From contig JAWBYA010000005.1 of the NCBI GenBank assembly GCA_038867615.1, positions 64,001 to 128,000 of the forward strand: DNA of 64,000 bases. Reading direction: 5' to 3'. Both the position numbers and the translations under genes were made by a program. The stretch comes from Sulfolobales archaeon. GTDB lineage: Archaea; Thermoproteota; Thermoprotei_A; Sulfolobales; AG1. The notes under the pieces are model-generated. The model made no database searches. It was given only the letters and a program-made list of their open reading frames with translations, and was not told the origin of the DNA. Shown in pieces: positions 49,695 through 58,858 of the stretch. Position 1 is the first letter of the stretch, and the number at the start of each line of letters is the position of its first letter.

Positions 49695-50670
49695 CCACGC
49701 CTATGTTGTCGAGCGGTATCACGAGCCTCGGTTCATATACGACTAATCCCTGCGCGAGTCTCCTCAATACAGGCATGATCCTTATGAGATCGTCTTTACC
49801 AACCACAGTGTTTATCGCAACCCACTCAGGATCTGCTAGAGGACTTATAGTCGGGCTCTTGAGTGCTGGGAGGGTTTTCAGAAGCTCTTCTAGGTTTTTC
49901 TTCTTAACATTGATGAATATATGGTATCTAGATCTTGCATCTATAACTCCCCTCATTATAGCCACTATATCGGAGATCTTCTCCCTCTTAACAGGATCTC
50001 TGAGAGATCCTGGGCTTGCTATCAGCACAGCCTGTGATTCTAGAACCATATCGATCGCTTCTAACCCGTTGCTCTCCAACGTAGTCCCGGTTTCTGAAAC
50101 ATCTATGATAGCATCAGCCTCTTCAGGAGGCTTCGCCTCTGTAGCTCCGAAGGATAGTATCACCTGAACCATGGTATTATCACCCCACCTGCTCCAGGGA
50201 GTTATTACAAGTGGTCTTGATGATCCATAGTACTTTTTATAACTCTCCCTACTGGAGATAAACCTAGAGGCTGTGTTGAGATACTCGGTAGAGATCCTCA
50301 AGATCCTTTTCTCCTCTGCAAACCTCTTAACAAGATCTTCAGCACTCCTGTACCCAGATCCTCTTGGTACTGCGAGGACTAGCTTAACCCTCCCTATCCC
50401 TAGCTCTAGGAGAGGCCTAACCTTATCCTCAACCCCCTGCTCCAGAACCCAATCGATCCCTGTGATCCCTATGTCGTATAGCCCTTCGTAAACATATATC
50501 GGGATCTCCTGGGGCCTCAGGATCTTAACGCATATATCGGGATCGCTTGCTATTATAGGTCTATAGCTCCTCTCCTTACCTATCAGTGTGTAGCCAGCTC
50601 TCTCGAGAAAATCATAGACCGTCTTCTCGAGAGATCCCTTGGGTATAGCGAGTTTAACGAGGCATGCAAT
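49663..50670 (-). CDS. hisG: ATP phosphoribosyltransferase, long form; no canonical in-frame start
   Basis: The frame continues 123 codons upstream of the track start: KLAIPKGSL...LRPQEIP.YV..G.YDIGITGIDW; then GATE and a C-terminal regulatory domain (LPALKSPTISPL). Confidence 0.93.
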   Translation of the reverse strand: MACLVKLAIPKGSLEKTVYDFLERAGYTLIGKERSYRPIIASDPDICVKILRPQEIPIYVYEGLYDIGITGIDWVLEQGVEDKVRPLLELGIGRVKLVLAVPRGSGYRSAEDLVKRFAEEKRILRISTEYLNTASRFISSRESYKKYYGSSRPLVITPWSRWGDNTMVQVILSFGATEAKPPEEADAIIDVSETGTTLESNGLEAIDMVLESQAVLIASPGSLRDPVKREKISDIVAIMRGVIDARSRYHIFINVKKKNLEELLKTLPALKSPTISPLADPEWVAINTVVGKDDLIRIMPVLRRLAQGLVVYEPRLVIPLDNIGVGGGFEGVKDS

Positions 50671-50863
50671 AACGAACCACCCCGGATGTTCTATATGTTT
50701 TCTCGATGATCCTCTCTCTAATGTTTATTTCTGGGCTTCTTCTCATCAAAGATCTAGGTGTGAATACACATCCCTGACGCCTTGTAGAAAAGGCTATGGA
50801 TGCTTATAAGCATTTCGCCTACTGTATTTATTAATCGCCCTGTATTTTCTCTGGTGGTGAGCC

Positions 50864-51628
50864 ATGTCATCCTTCGTATCGATAGAGCCTAAGGTTTCCC
50901 TCGTCTTCAGCGATATCAAGGTTCCCAAGGCTATTGTTGATTCCCTCAAAGGGCTTGTTGACGAGGTTTTGGTTACTATAGATAGCAGTGGTTTTCGCCT
51001 CACAGCTCTCGACCCTGCCAAGGTATCGATGCTCACTCTAGAGATACCCTCGAGCGCCTTTCTGGAGCTTAGGGTTGACAGGGAGCTCTCTCTAGGAATA
51101 TCTATGCAGAATCTAGAACTAACCCTAGAGGGTGTTAAGAAGAACGAGAGGTACGTCTTGGCAAGCGATGGTGAGTTCATAGAAGTTGTTATAGAGGGTC
51201 TTCCCACGAGGAGATTTAAGTTTAGAAGCATAGAGCTCCCAAGCGAGGTACCAAGCATAGATGTTCAATACGATGTTGACGCTATAATAGGTATAGATCC
51301 CTTCAAACTCGCGATCAAGGATATAGCATCGATAGGATCCTACGCCCTTCTCAGGGCGGAGAACGAGGAGGCCCTCGAGATCATGGAGGCCTCTACCAAG
51401 AGGGGTCTTGCAAGGCTTACAAGAGCCTCTGGGGCTTTAATAGATCTAAGGGTTAACAGACCCTCGAGCTGCTCCTACGAGATCAGCTATATAGAGAAGG
51501 TCCTATCCCTAGCCAAGCTGGCATCACAGCTACAGGCAAGCTTCTCCAACGACTCCCCACTCAGACTGATATTCCCCCTCGTTATGGGGGGTACGGCTAC
51601 CTTCTACCTAGCGCCCCAGGCTGTGTAG
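50864..51628 (+). CDS. pcn: DNA polymerase sliding clamp (PCNA subunit)
   Basis: ALDPAKVSML, F.ND.PL.L.F, FYLAP. Confidence 0.9.
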   Translation: MSSFVSIEPKVSLVFSDIKVPKAIVDSLKGLVDEVLVTIDSSGFRLTALDPAKVSMLTLEIPSSAFLELRVDRELSLGISMQNLELTLEGVKKNERYVLASDGEFIEVVIEGLPTRRFKFRSIELPSEVPSIDVQYDVDAIIGIDPFKLAIKDIASIGSYALLRAENEEALEIMEASTKRGLARLTRASGALIDLRVNRPSSCSYEISYIEKVLSLAKLASQLQASFSNDSPLRLIFPLVMGGTATFYLAPQAV

Positions 51629-51632
51629 CAGC

Positions 51633-52205
51633 ATGAAGATCTATGTGGAGCATCTTGAAGAGGAGCTGGGGAGATGGTTATTAGCCGAGTATAGGAACAG
51701 CTATAGGATCGCTGGGGATCTTCTCCTAATAACAGGGGCCGAGATACCAGGGATCCCTAGCACAGCAAAAAGGATCCACGAGATCGCGGATCCCTCAAGG
51801 CTCGTAATACTAGACCCCCAAGCTGAGGAGGAGCTCAAGCCAGAGGATCTCCTGGGATGCGATGGCGTTGTAATAGGCGGGATCCTTGGCTCACACCCTC
51901 CCCTCGGAAGGACTAAGAAGCTCCTCTCAGACAGGCTTCCCAAGGCGGTTAAGAGAAACATAGGAAGGCATCAGTTCTCAATAGATGGGAGCGTCTATAT
52001 AGCCCTACAGATCATTAGGGGTAAGAGGCTCAGAGACATACCATTCACCGTGGGTGTCACGATAAAGAGGAAGCTAGGCCCTGTGGAACACGAGATCCAC
52101 CTCCCATACGCCTACCCCTTGGTAGATGGAAGACCACTATTATCAGAAGAACTCATAGAACTTCTAGTCGGGTCAAGCAACTATGTCGTTGAATACCACA
52201 TATAG
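51633..52205 (+). CDS. SPOUT-class SAM-dependent methyltransferase (Sfm1/DUF431-like)
   Basis: VEHLE, LDPQAEEEL, IGGILGSHPPLGRT, QFSIDGS, LPYAYP. Confidence 0.82.
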   Translation: MKIYVEHLEEELGRWLLAEYRNSYRIAGDLLLITGAEIPGIPSTAKRIHEIADPSRLVILDPQAEEELKPEDLLGCDGVVIGGILGSHPPLGRTKKLLSDRLPKAVKRNIGRHQFSIDGSVYIALQIIRGKRLRDIPFTVGVTIKRKLGPVEHEIHLPYAYPLVDGRPLLSEELIELLVGSSNYVVEYHI

Positions 52206-52418
52206 ACCTGTAATCTAGCCGTTCTCATCGGTCATCAACATCACCATGGGCAGAAGGATCATAGAGGTCTGGATTTCATAACACTAAACCCACATCAGTA
52301 TTAATTACTATGAAAAACACCAAAGACCCATAGCTCGGAACCCAAGCTAAGGTGAGTATATATAATAGTTAAGTATAATAATATAATAGTTATATATAAA
52401 ATCCTTCTAGCAGTAGTA

Positions 52419-53114
52419 GTGGGGGTTGGTGCTCTGAAAAGGATATTTGACAGGATATCCCCAAAGACGCCTGAAAGAGAGATGTTTGATACTCTTGTCA
52501 AGCACCTCGACATATCGCTCAAGGCCCTAGACACGGCATACGAGATGGTTTCTGGTCGCTGCAAAGATCCTGGCGAGGCTGCTGAGAGGGCCAACGAGGT
52601 CCTTCTGATGGAGAGGGAGGCTGACGAGCTTGCCGAGGATCTGTTTGTAAAGATCATCAAGGGATCCATGCCTCCCGTCATAGTCTCAGAGCTCCAATAC
52701 CTAGTCGATAAGACAGACGACATAATGGATCACATATACTTCATCGGAATGGAGATGTCCAGAGCCTATCGCAACGGCCTTACCCAGAACCAGCTTCTAG
52801 GACAGATCTACTCCGATATAGGGTTGATGATGAGCCTTGCAAAATCCGGTTTGAAAAAACTGCGAGAGCTATATGTAAAGGCTTTTAGAGATAGAGAAAC
52901 CACCTTGAAGTTGAAGGCCGAGATAGACGTGATCGAGGATAAGATAGACGAGGTGAAAAACCAGGTTCTTAACAAGATCTACGAGGGTGGGGGTCTAAAG
53001 CCTATAGAGATATTCCACGCAATACAGCTTATAAGAACAGTCGACGATATAGCTGACGCCACAGAAGATGCTGCCCACGCGGTGGTGAGGCTTGAAAGCT
53101 CTATTATATCGTAA
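52419..53114 (+). CDS. DUF47/PhoU-like phosphate transport regulator
   Basis: EREADEL, DDIMD, EDKIDE, DDIADATED duplicated helical repeats. Confidence 0.85.
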   Translation: MGVGALKRIFDRISPKTPEREMFDTLVKHLDISLKALDTAYEMVSGRCKDPGEAAERANEVLLMEREADELAEDLFVKIIKGSMPPVIVSELQYLVDKTDDIMDHIYFIGMEMSRAYRNGLTQNQLLGQIYSDIGLMMSLAKSGLKKLRELYVKAFRDRETTLKLKAEIDVIEDKIDEVKNQVLNKIYEGGGLKPIEIFHAIQLIRTVDDIADATEDAAHAVVRLESSIIS

Positions 53115-53130
53115 ACATGCTAGGGAAAAG

Positions 53131-54588
53131 CTAGCCCTTAGCAACCCCTATTGGTCTAAGCCTTGCAACTAGCTTCGCTATCTTAACCCTATCAGCTACA
53201 AGGGCTACTTTATCAACATCCTTATAGGCTCCTGGAGCCTCTTCCGATACTATCCTTGCATCAACAGCCCTCACATATATCCCTCTCCTGCTCAGCTCGT
53301 TTATAACCTGGCTCGCTGGATAGCTCCTAACAGCCCCAGCCCTGCTCATCCACCTCCCAGCACCGTGTGGTGCTGAGTAGAATGTCCTTATACTCTCAGG
53401 TATCCCCACCATAACGAAGCTCCCAGACCCCATGCTACCTGGTATTAGAACAACCTGCCCTGTCTCCTGGTGCTCTTTAGGTATCTCCGGATGACCTGGT
53501 GGGAAAGCCCTGGTGGCTCCCTTTCTATGAACAACAACCTTTCTCCTCTTCCCATCTATATCGTACTCCTCTATCTTTGCTATATTATGGGCCACGTCGT
53601 AGATTATGCTTAGATCTAGTTTATCGGGATCGACGTGGAACACCTGCCTAAAACTCTCCCTAACCCAGTGGGTTATGAGCTGCCTGTTAGTGAAGGCAAA
53701 GTTAGCCGCAGCCCCCATGGCTTGGAAATAGTCCTGTGCCTCTTTAGTATTGAATGGCACGGATGCGAGCTCCCTGTCAGGCGGGTTGACGCCGTATTTC
53801 TTCATAGCCCTCTCCATGATCATTAGATAGTCGCTAGCAACCTGGTGCCCAAGCCCTCTAGATCCGCAGTGGGCCATCACAACAACCTGACCCTCGCTGA
53901 ATATCCCGAGCTTCTTAGCGATAGTGGGGTCGAAGACCTTGTCGACGACCTGGACCTCGAGGAAGTGGTTCCCAGCACCAAGCGTCCCCAGCTGCTCCTT
54001 ACCCCTATCCTTAGCTGTTTTGGAAACCTTGTCAGGGTTAGCCCAGTCTATAAAGCCCCTCGACTCTATATGGTATTTATCATCAGCCCATCCATAGCCC
54101 TTCTGTATAGCCCAGTCAACACCCATGCTGAGCACGTTGTTTATATCCTGCACAGACACCCTGATCTTACCCTCAGCACCAACCCCGCTGGGGATGTTCT
54201 CGAAAAGAGTGTCTACAAGCTCCTTAAGCTTCGGCCTAACATCCTTCTCCATAAGGTTTGTCCTTATAAGCCTAACACCACAGTTAATATCATACCCAAC
54301 ACCTCCAGGGCTTATCACACCCTCATCGACATCGAAAGCAGCAACACCGCCTATGGGGAAGCCATAGCCCTGATGCCCGTCAGGCATTACATATACCTTA
54401 CCAACAACACCTGGGAGTGTTGCTACATTAGCACCCTGTACTAGGGTCATATCCTCCCTCATCTTCTTTATAAGAAACTCATCGCCAAACACAATAACAT
54501 CTGTCCTCATACCAGGCCTAGCACCCTTAGGTATGATCCATGTATACTCGTCTGGACCTCTCTCGATCCTTATCGACACGACATCCAC
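53131..54588 (-). CDS. rtcB: RtcB tRNA-splicing/RNA-repair ligase
   Basis: MPDGHQGYGFPIGG, GYDINCG, GTLGAGNHFLE, HCGSRG, HN, HRKGAT, HGAGR, EEAPGAYK. Confidence 0.97.
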   Translation of the reverse strand: MDVVSIRIERGPDEYTWIIPKGARPGMRTDVIVFGDEFLIKKMREDMTLVQGANVATLPGVVGKVYVMPDGHQGYGFPIGGVAAFDVDEGVISPGGVGYDINCGVRLIRTNLMEKDVRPKLKELVDTLFENIPSGVGAEGKIRVSVQDINNVLSMGVDWAIQKGYGWADDKYHIESRGFIDWANPDKVSKTAKDRGKEQLGTLGAGNHFLEVQVVDKVFDPTIAKKLGIFSEGQVVVMAHCGSRGLGHQVASDYLMIMERAMKKYGVNPPDRELASVPFNTKEAQDYFQAMGAAANFAFTNRQLITHWVRESFRQVFHVDPDKLDLSIIYDVAHNIAKIEEYDIDGKRRKVVVHRKGATRAFPPGHPEIPKEHQETGQVVLIPGSMGSGSFVMVGIPESIRTFYSAPHGAGRWMSRAGAVRSYPASQVINELSRRGIYVRAVDARIVSEEAPGAYKDVDKVALVADRVKIAKLVARLRPIGVAKG

Positions 54589-54768
54589 CTAATTATATTG
54601 CCCACAGCACCTTTTATCCTTATATATCATTATAGAGGTTCATACGGGGTTCAGACCCCATAGCGTTGATACCTCAGAATGCTCTTCTTCACATAACTAT
54701 TACGCCCATATCATAGAATAAAGAATAAAACCTATAGCGTGTTGAGGAGAAAGCTCTATGCTGCTCTA

Positions 54769-55929
54769 CTAGTATCTAATAATCCTGGAGGGCTTTGTCA
54801 AGACCTCGGCTCCCTTGCTTGTCACCACCAACAATTCCTCGAGCCTGATACCAAACCTTCCTGGTATATATACCCCGGGCTCTATTGTCACCACATACCC
54901 TTCTCTAAGCTCATCGTTAGAAGATCTTGATAGGAGGGGTGGTTCGTGAACCTCGACACCAACACCGTGTCCCAGCGCGTGTATAAAGTATCTACCATAG
55001 CCCTTCTTCTCAAGAACCTTTCTTGCCGCCTCATCAACCTCCGAGGCCTTGACTCCGGGGCTTACCTTCTCTATAGCTGTGTTGAGGGCTTCCTCAACAG
55101 CCTCTAGGGCTCTCAACTCTTCTGAACCAACACCGCCTCCCACAAGCATCCTTGTCATGTCGGATACGTATCCTGAGTATACCGCCCCCATATCTATGAC
55201 CACAACATCTCTCGACGAGATCCTCCTATCCCCTGGCTCTGCGTGTGGGTAAGAGGCATTCGGGCCTGAAGCCACTATCGTTGGGAATGCATACCCGTCA
55301 GAGCCATGTATTCTCAATGCTCTATCAAGCATCCCAGCCAGCTCCCTCTCACTCATACCCTCCCTAACGCTTCCTGTAACTTCCATGAATGCCTTTGACG
55401 CTATCTCGGCGGATCTCGATATAGCCTCGATCTCGCTTTTTGTCTTCAAAGCCCTGATCCTTGAGAGATCTTCTGAGAGATCTATGCATCTACCCGAGAG
55501 GATCTCGAGAAGTCTTTTGCCCAGGTATGAGTAGTCACACCCAAAGGCCCCCTTAGCACCTAGCTCCTTTTTAATAATCTCCTCAACGCCTCCCCTTATG
55601 AGGGGCATATCTTCTGGAGGCTCCACCGGGTATCTCTGATAAGCTATAACCTCTACATCCTTAACCCTGGATACGTGATCCCTGATCCTCGTGTATTCGA
55701 GCACAGGCACATAGACCCTGGCCTTTCTATCACTGATAACAGTGATCGCTGAAACCCCTTTCCCCAAGAACCACCTATTCATAGACTCGCTCGCGATTAG
55801 AAGCCCTCTTAGAGAGAGCTCTTCGACCAGTGATGAGACCCTTGATAGCTTCTCCTCAAGGATCCTTACCGCAATCCCGCTTTCCATCAATATACACCGA
55901 GATATATCTTGTGAGGACTTATTTACCAA
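54769..55929 (-). CDS. pepQ: Xaa-Pro aminopeptidase/prolidase (M24B)
   Basis: VIDMGA..GYVSDMTR, HALGHGVGVEVHE, TIEPGVY, GIRLEE. Confidence 0.92.
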   Translation of the reverse strand: MVNKSSQDISRCILMESGIAVRILEEKLSRVSSLVEELSLRGLLIASESMNRWFLGKGVSAITVISDRKARVYVPVLEYTRIRDHVSRVKDVEVIAYQRYPVEPPEDMPLIRGGVEEIIKKELGAKGAFGCDYSYLGKRLLEILSGRCIDLSEDLSRIRALKTKSEIEAISRSAEIASKAFMEVTGSVREGMSERELAGMLDRALRIHGSDGYAFPTIVASGPNASYPHAEPGDRRISSRDVVVIDMGAVYSGYVSDMTRMLVGGGVGSEELRALEAVEEALNTAIEKVSPGVKASEVDEAARKVLEKKGYGRYFIHALGHGVGVEVHEPPLLSRSSNDELREGYVVTIEPGVYIPGRFGIRLEELLVVTSKGAEVLTKPSRIIRY

Positions 55930-55961
55930 CCATGATGAGTTCCTATAGCATATAACGAGAA

Positions 55962-56351
55962 TTACTGCTGGAGGTTAAAAGGCTTACCGCTTCTAAGGAT
56001 CTCCTCGGGGATTTTGTCTCTATATTTTTTAAGGAACTCCCTATCCTCTCCCTCGTTTCTATACATGTCTGGAAGCATCCTCGGGATCTCATCGATCACT
56101 GGGTACCATCTCCCACACTTCCTACAATAGATCACCGCTGTGGCTATCTCTATAGCTATGCACTCCTCACACGGTGTCTCCACCTTCTCTTTCGAGAGGT
56201 CTTTTTTGAGATAGCTGCACCAGAGCTCACATAAAGGCTTACTCCTACTCAGCTCTCTCTTCTGGTGCTTCTTCTCCTCAATAACTATCAACTCTAGGGG
56301 GAAGTTTTTACACATAGGGCATGCGAGTAGATCTACGAGTCTGTATTTCAT
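55962..56351 (-). CDS. Trm112-family methyltransferase activator
   Basis: LVDLLACPMCKNFPL...CRKCGRWYPVIDEIPRMLPD. Confidence 0.9.
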   Translation of the reverse strand: MKYRLVDLLACPMCKNFPLELIVIEEKKHQKRELSRSKPLCELWCSYLKKDLSKEKVETPCEECIAIEIATAVIYCRKCGRWYPVIDEIPRMLPDMYRNEGEDREFLKKYRDKIPEEILRSGKPFNLQQ

Positions 56352-57712
56352 CCAACAACCCCCCTTATTACTGAGAGAAGCTCGTTAAGTATCCTATCAC
56401 CCTCATCTCTGCTAATAGCCTCCATCATGATCCTCACCACAGGCTCTGTACCAGAGGGTCTTACGAGGAACCAGCCTGTTTTGAGGTTAACCCTAACACC
56501 ATCTATATTTATGGTATCACCACCCCTATACGCCTCCCTAACAGCCTCGACAACCTTGAGAGCCTTATCCCTATCCATTGGGATCTTGGTCTTGACTATA
56601 TAGACTCTGGGGATTTGGGAGAAGAGCTGGGAAGCCTTCTCACCAGAATAAGCCATTGCCTCGAGGAAGAGAGCGGATTTGGCCCCGCCATCCCTTATGG
56701 ATAAGTGCTCGGGATACACAAAACCCCCGTTCTCCTCAAAAGCACACATAGCCCCAGATCTCCTTATACCCTCGAAAAGCCTCTTTATACCAACAGCCGT
56801 GTATTCAACCTCAAAACCTCTCGACTTAAAGGCTCTTGCCACAAACTCCGAGGTCGATACAGCTGTAACGATCCTCCTAGGTTTCTTCGACCTCCCGCTC
56901 TCTGCGAGGTGTGTTGCTATTATAAAAGCACTCCTATCCCCCCAGTGGATCTCACCGTCCTCCGATACAAAGATAGCCCTATCACCGTCGCTATCATGCC
57001 CAACACCCAGGTCTGCGCCCAACGCCCTCACAGCCCTCGAGAGATCTCCAAGAGTATCCGGGGTAGGTTCATAGGGTCTTGATGGCTGTGGCGAGGGGTT
57101 AGCGTTTATGGTGATAACCTTCACCCCAAGTCTTCTCATAATCTCTGGGGATGTGTGGGTTGTCACGCTATTAGCAGGATCGATCACAACCTTATACCCC
57201 TTCGAGGCTATTTTATCCCTATCCACGAGGGAAACGATCCTAGATATATAGAGGTCGAGAACACCCCCAAGCTTTCTCACACTATGCCAAGCCTCAATAT
57301 AGCTAGCCCTCCTGAACTTTGACTCGAAATACAGGGCCTCAACCTCCTCCTCAACACTATCGCTAACCTCAACACCATCAGGCCCCACTAGCTTTAATCC
57401 AACATACTCAGGGGGATTATGGCTTGCCGTGAACATAACCCCGCCATCAAAGCCCAGCTCCTTCACAGCCAGCTGGAGTGCGGGTGTAGGGATCTTCCCA
57501 GCATCGTAAACCTTAACCCCAGAGCTTATAAGACCAGAGACCCCTGCATGGAGTATTGCTTCCGTACCGCCGCGATAGTCAGAGGCTATAAGGATCCTGG
57601 AGCCAGGGGCGAAGTAGCTCCCTATAGCCATACAGAGCCTGGCTGCCTCGACAACATCTAGCGTTTTGTTGAAAATACCTCTAACACCATCTGTCCCAAA
57701 TAGCCTGGGCAT
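56348..57712 (-). CDS. Phosphoglucomutase/phosphomannomutase family protein
   Basis: LFGTDGVRG, TASHNPPEY, DSDGDR, FEENGG, RPSGTEP. Confidence 0.93.
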   Translation of the reverse strand: MPRLFGTDGVRGIFNKTLDVVEAARLCMAIGSYFAPGSRILIASDYRGGTEAILHAGVSGLISSGVKVYDAGKIPTPALQLAVKELGFDGGVMFTASHNPPEYVGLKLVGPDGVEVSDSVEEEVEALYFESKFRRASYIEAWHSVRKLGGVLDLYISRIVSLVDRDKIASKGYKVVIDPANSVTTHTSPEIMRRLGVKVITINANPSPQPSRPYEPTPDTLGDLSRAVRALGADLGVGHDSDGDRAIFVSEDGEIHWGDRSAFIIATHLAESGRSKKPRRIVTAVSTSEFVARAFKSRGFEVEYTAVGIKRLFEGIRRSGAMCAFEENGGFVYPEHLSIRDGGAKSALFLEAMAYSGEKASQLFSQIPRVYIVKTKIPMDRDKALKVVEAVREAYRGGDTINIDGVRVNLKTGWFLVRPSGTEPVVRIMMEAISRDEGDRILNELLSVIRGVVG

Positions 57713-57748
57713 GGTTATCCAAACATTATCTCCCACGGGTGTTATATA

Positions 57749-58858
57749 TTGGGTTGGTGGATGGCTGGGATCGTTTGGTTCGATGCGCTAACATCTAAGC
57801 AGATACTCATAGCACTATCCCTCAAACGCTTCCTCCAGCCCCATGGATACGATGTCCTGGTAACGGGGAGGAGGTACGACGCTATAGAGGGGATTGTAAG
57901 AGTCCTTGGAGTAGAGGTTCCACTCGTAGGAGGCTATGGCGGGGATGCCTATGAAAAGCTTAGGGAGGAGGTTTCGAGGATGGGGCTTCTCTTAGAAATA
58001 CTCTCAGGGAGGGTTAGCGACCTTATAGCCGGGATCTCTTACCCAAACCCTGTTGAGGCTAGGATAGTCTATGGGTTGGGAAAACCCCTAGCAATTCTAT
58101 CCGATACTCCTCACTCTATCCATGCCCACAGACTCACAGTACCCCTGGCATCCTTTCTAATCCATAGCTGGTGTATAGATAGTGCTGAGTGGAAGCAATA
58201 CCTATTACCCCACACAAGGCTTTATAGCTATCGCGGTGTTGACGAGCTCAGCTGGATCCTATATCTAGAGGAGATCCAGGATCAGAGGCACATAAGATCC
58301 CTAGGCCTTTCTGAAAGAGAGTATGTTGTTATAAGGCCTGAAGAGACCAAGGCCTCTTACTATGTGTGGAGGGATATGTGGGATCTGTGGATAAGGATCT
58401 CTGAGGATCTAGTTAAGAAGGGGTATAAGGTCGTAATCCTACCCAGATATGGGGATCAGAGGGCATATATAGAGGAGAGGCTTAGAAACCATATAGAGAA
58501 GGAGAGGGTAATAATACCCACTGTCGAGAAAGCCATAGGCCCAGCCCTAGCCAAGCACGCCTTAGCAGTAATAACAGGGGGAGGGACTATTGCTAGAGAA
58601 GCAGCACTCTACGGAGTCCCGGGAGTAACCCTCTTCCCCCTAGAGCTCCCGGTGGATAGATGCCTCTCATCCCTGGGCCTCCCCATAAAGAGAGCATCAA
58701 GCGTAGAAGAGATCATGAGTATTATAGATAATGCTGAGAATGATATAGAGCTATTTATCGCCAAGGCTAAAGAGATCATAGCTAATATGGAGCCTCCTCA
58801 AAAAACCCTGCTAGAGATCCTCAGGGAGGTTGAGAACCGTGGAGGGGGAGGGTGCTAG
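57749..58858 (+). CDS. DUF354 family GT-B fold protein
   Basis: VWFDALTSKQ, SDTPHS, YRGVDE, VIRPEE..ASY, GGGTIAREAALYGVP. Confidence 0.82.
   Translation: MGWWMAGIVWFDALTSKQILIALSLKRFLQPHGYDVLVTGRRYDAIEGIVRVLGVEVPLVGGYGGDAYEKLREEVSRMGLLLEILSGRVSDLIAGISYPNPVEARIVYGLGKPLAILSDTPHSIHAHRLTVPLASFLIHSWCIDSAEWKQYLLPHTRLYSYRGVDELSWILYLEEIQDQRHIRSLGLSEREYVVIRPEETKASYYVWRDMWDLWIRISEDLVKKGYKVVILPRYGDQRAYIEERLRNHIEKERVIIPTVEKAIGPALAKHALAVITGGGTIAREAALYGVPGVTLFPLELPVDRCLSSLGLPIKRASSVEEIMSIIDNAENDIELFIAKAKEIIANMEPPQKTLLEILREVENRGGGGC

Noticed and set aside
55931-55985. ATGATGA as the C box of another sRNA
   Set aside because: No CTGA D box at the expected distance
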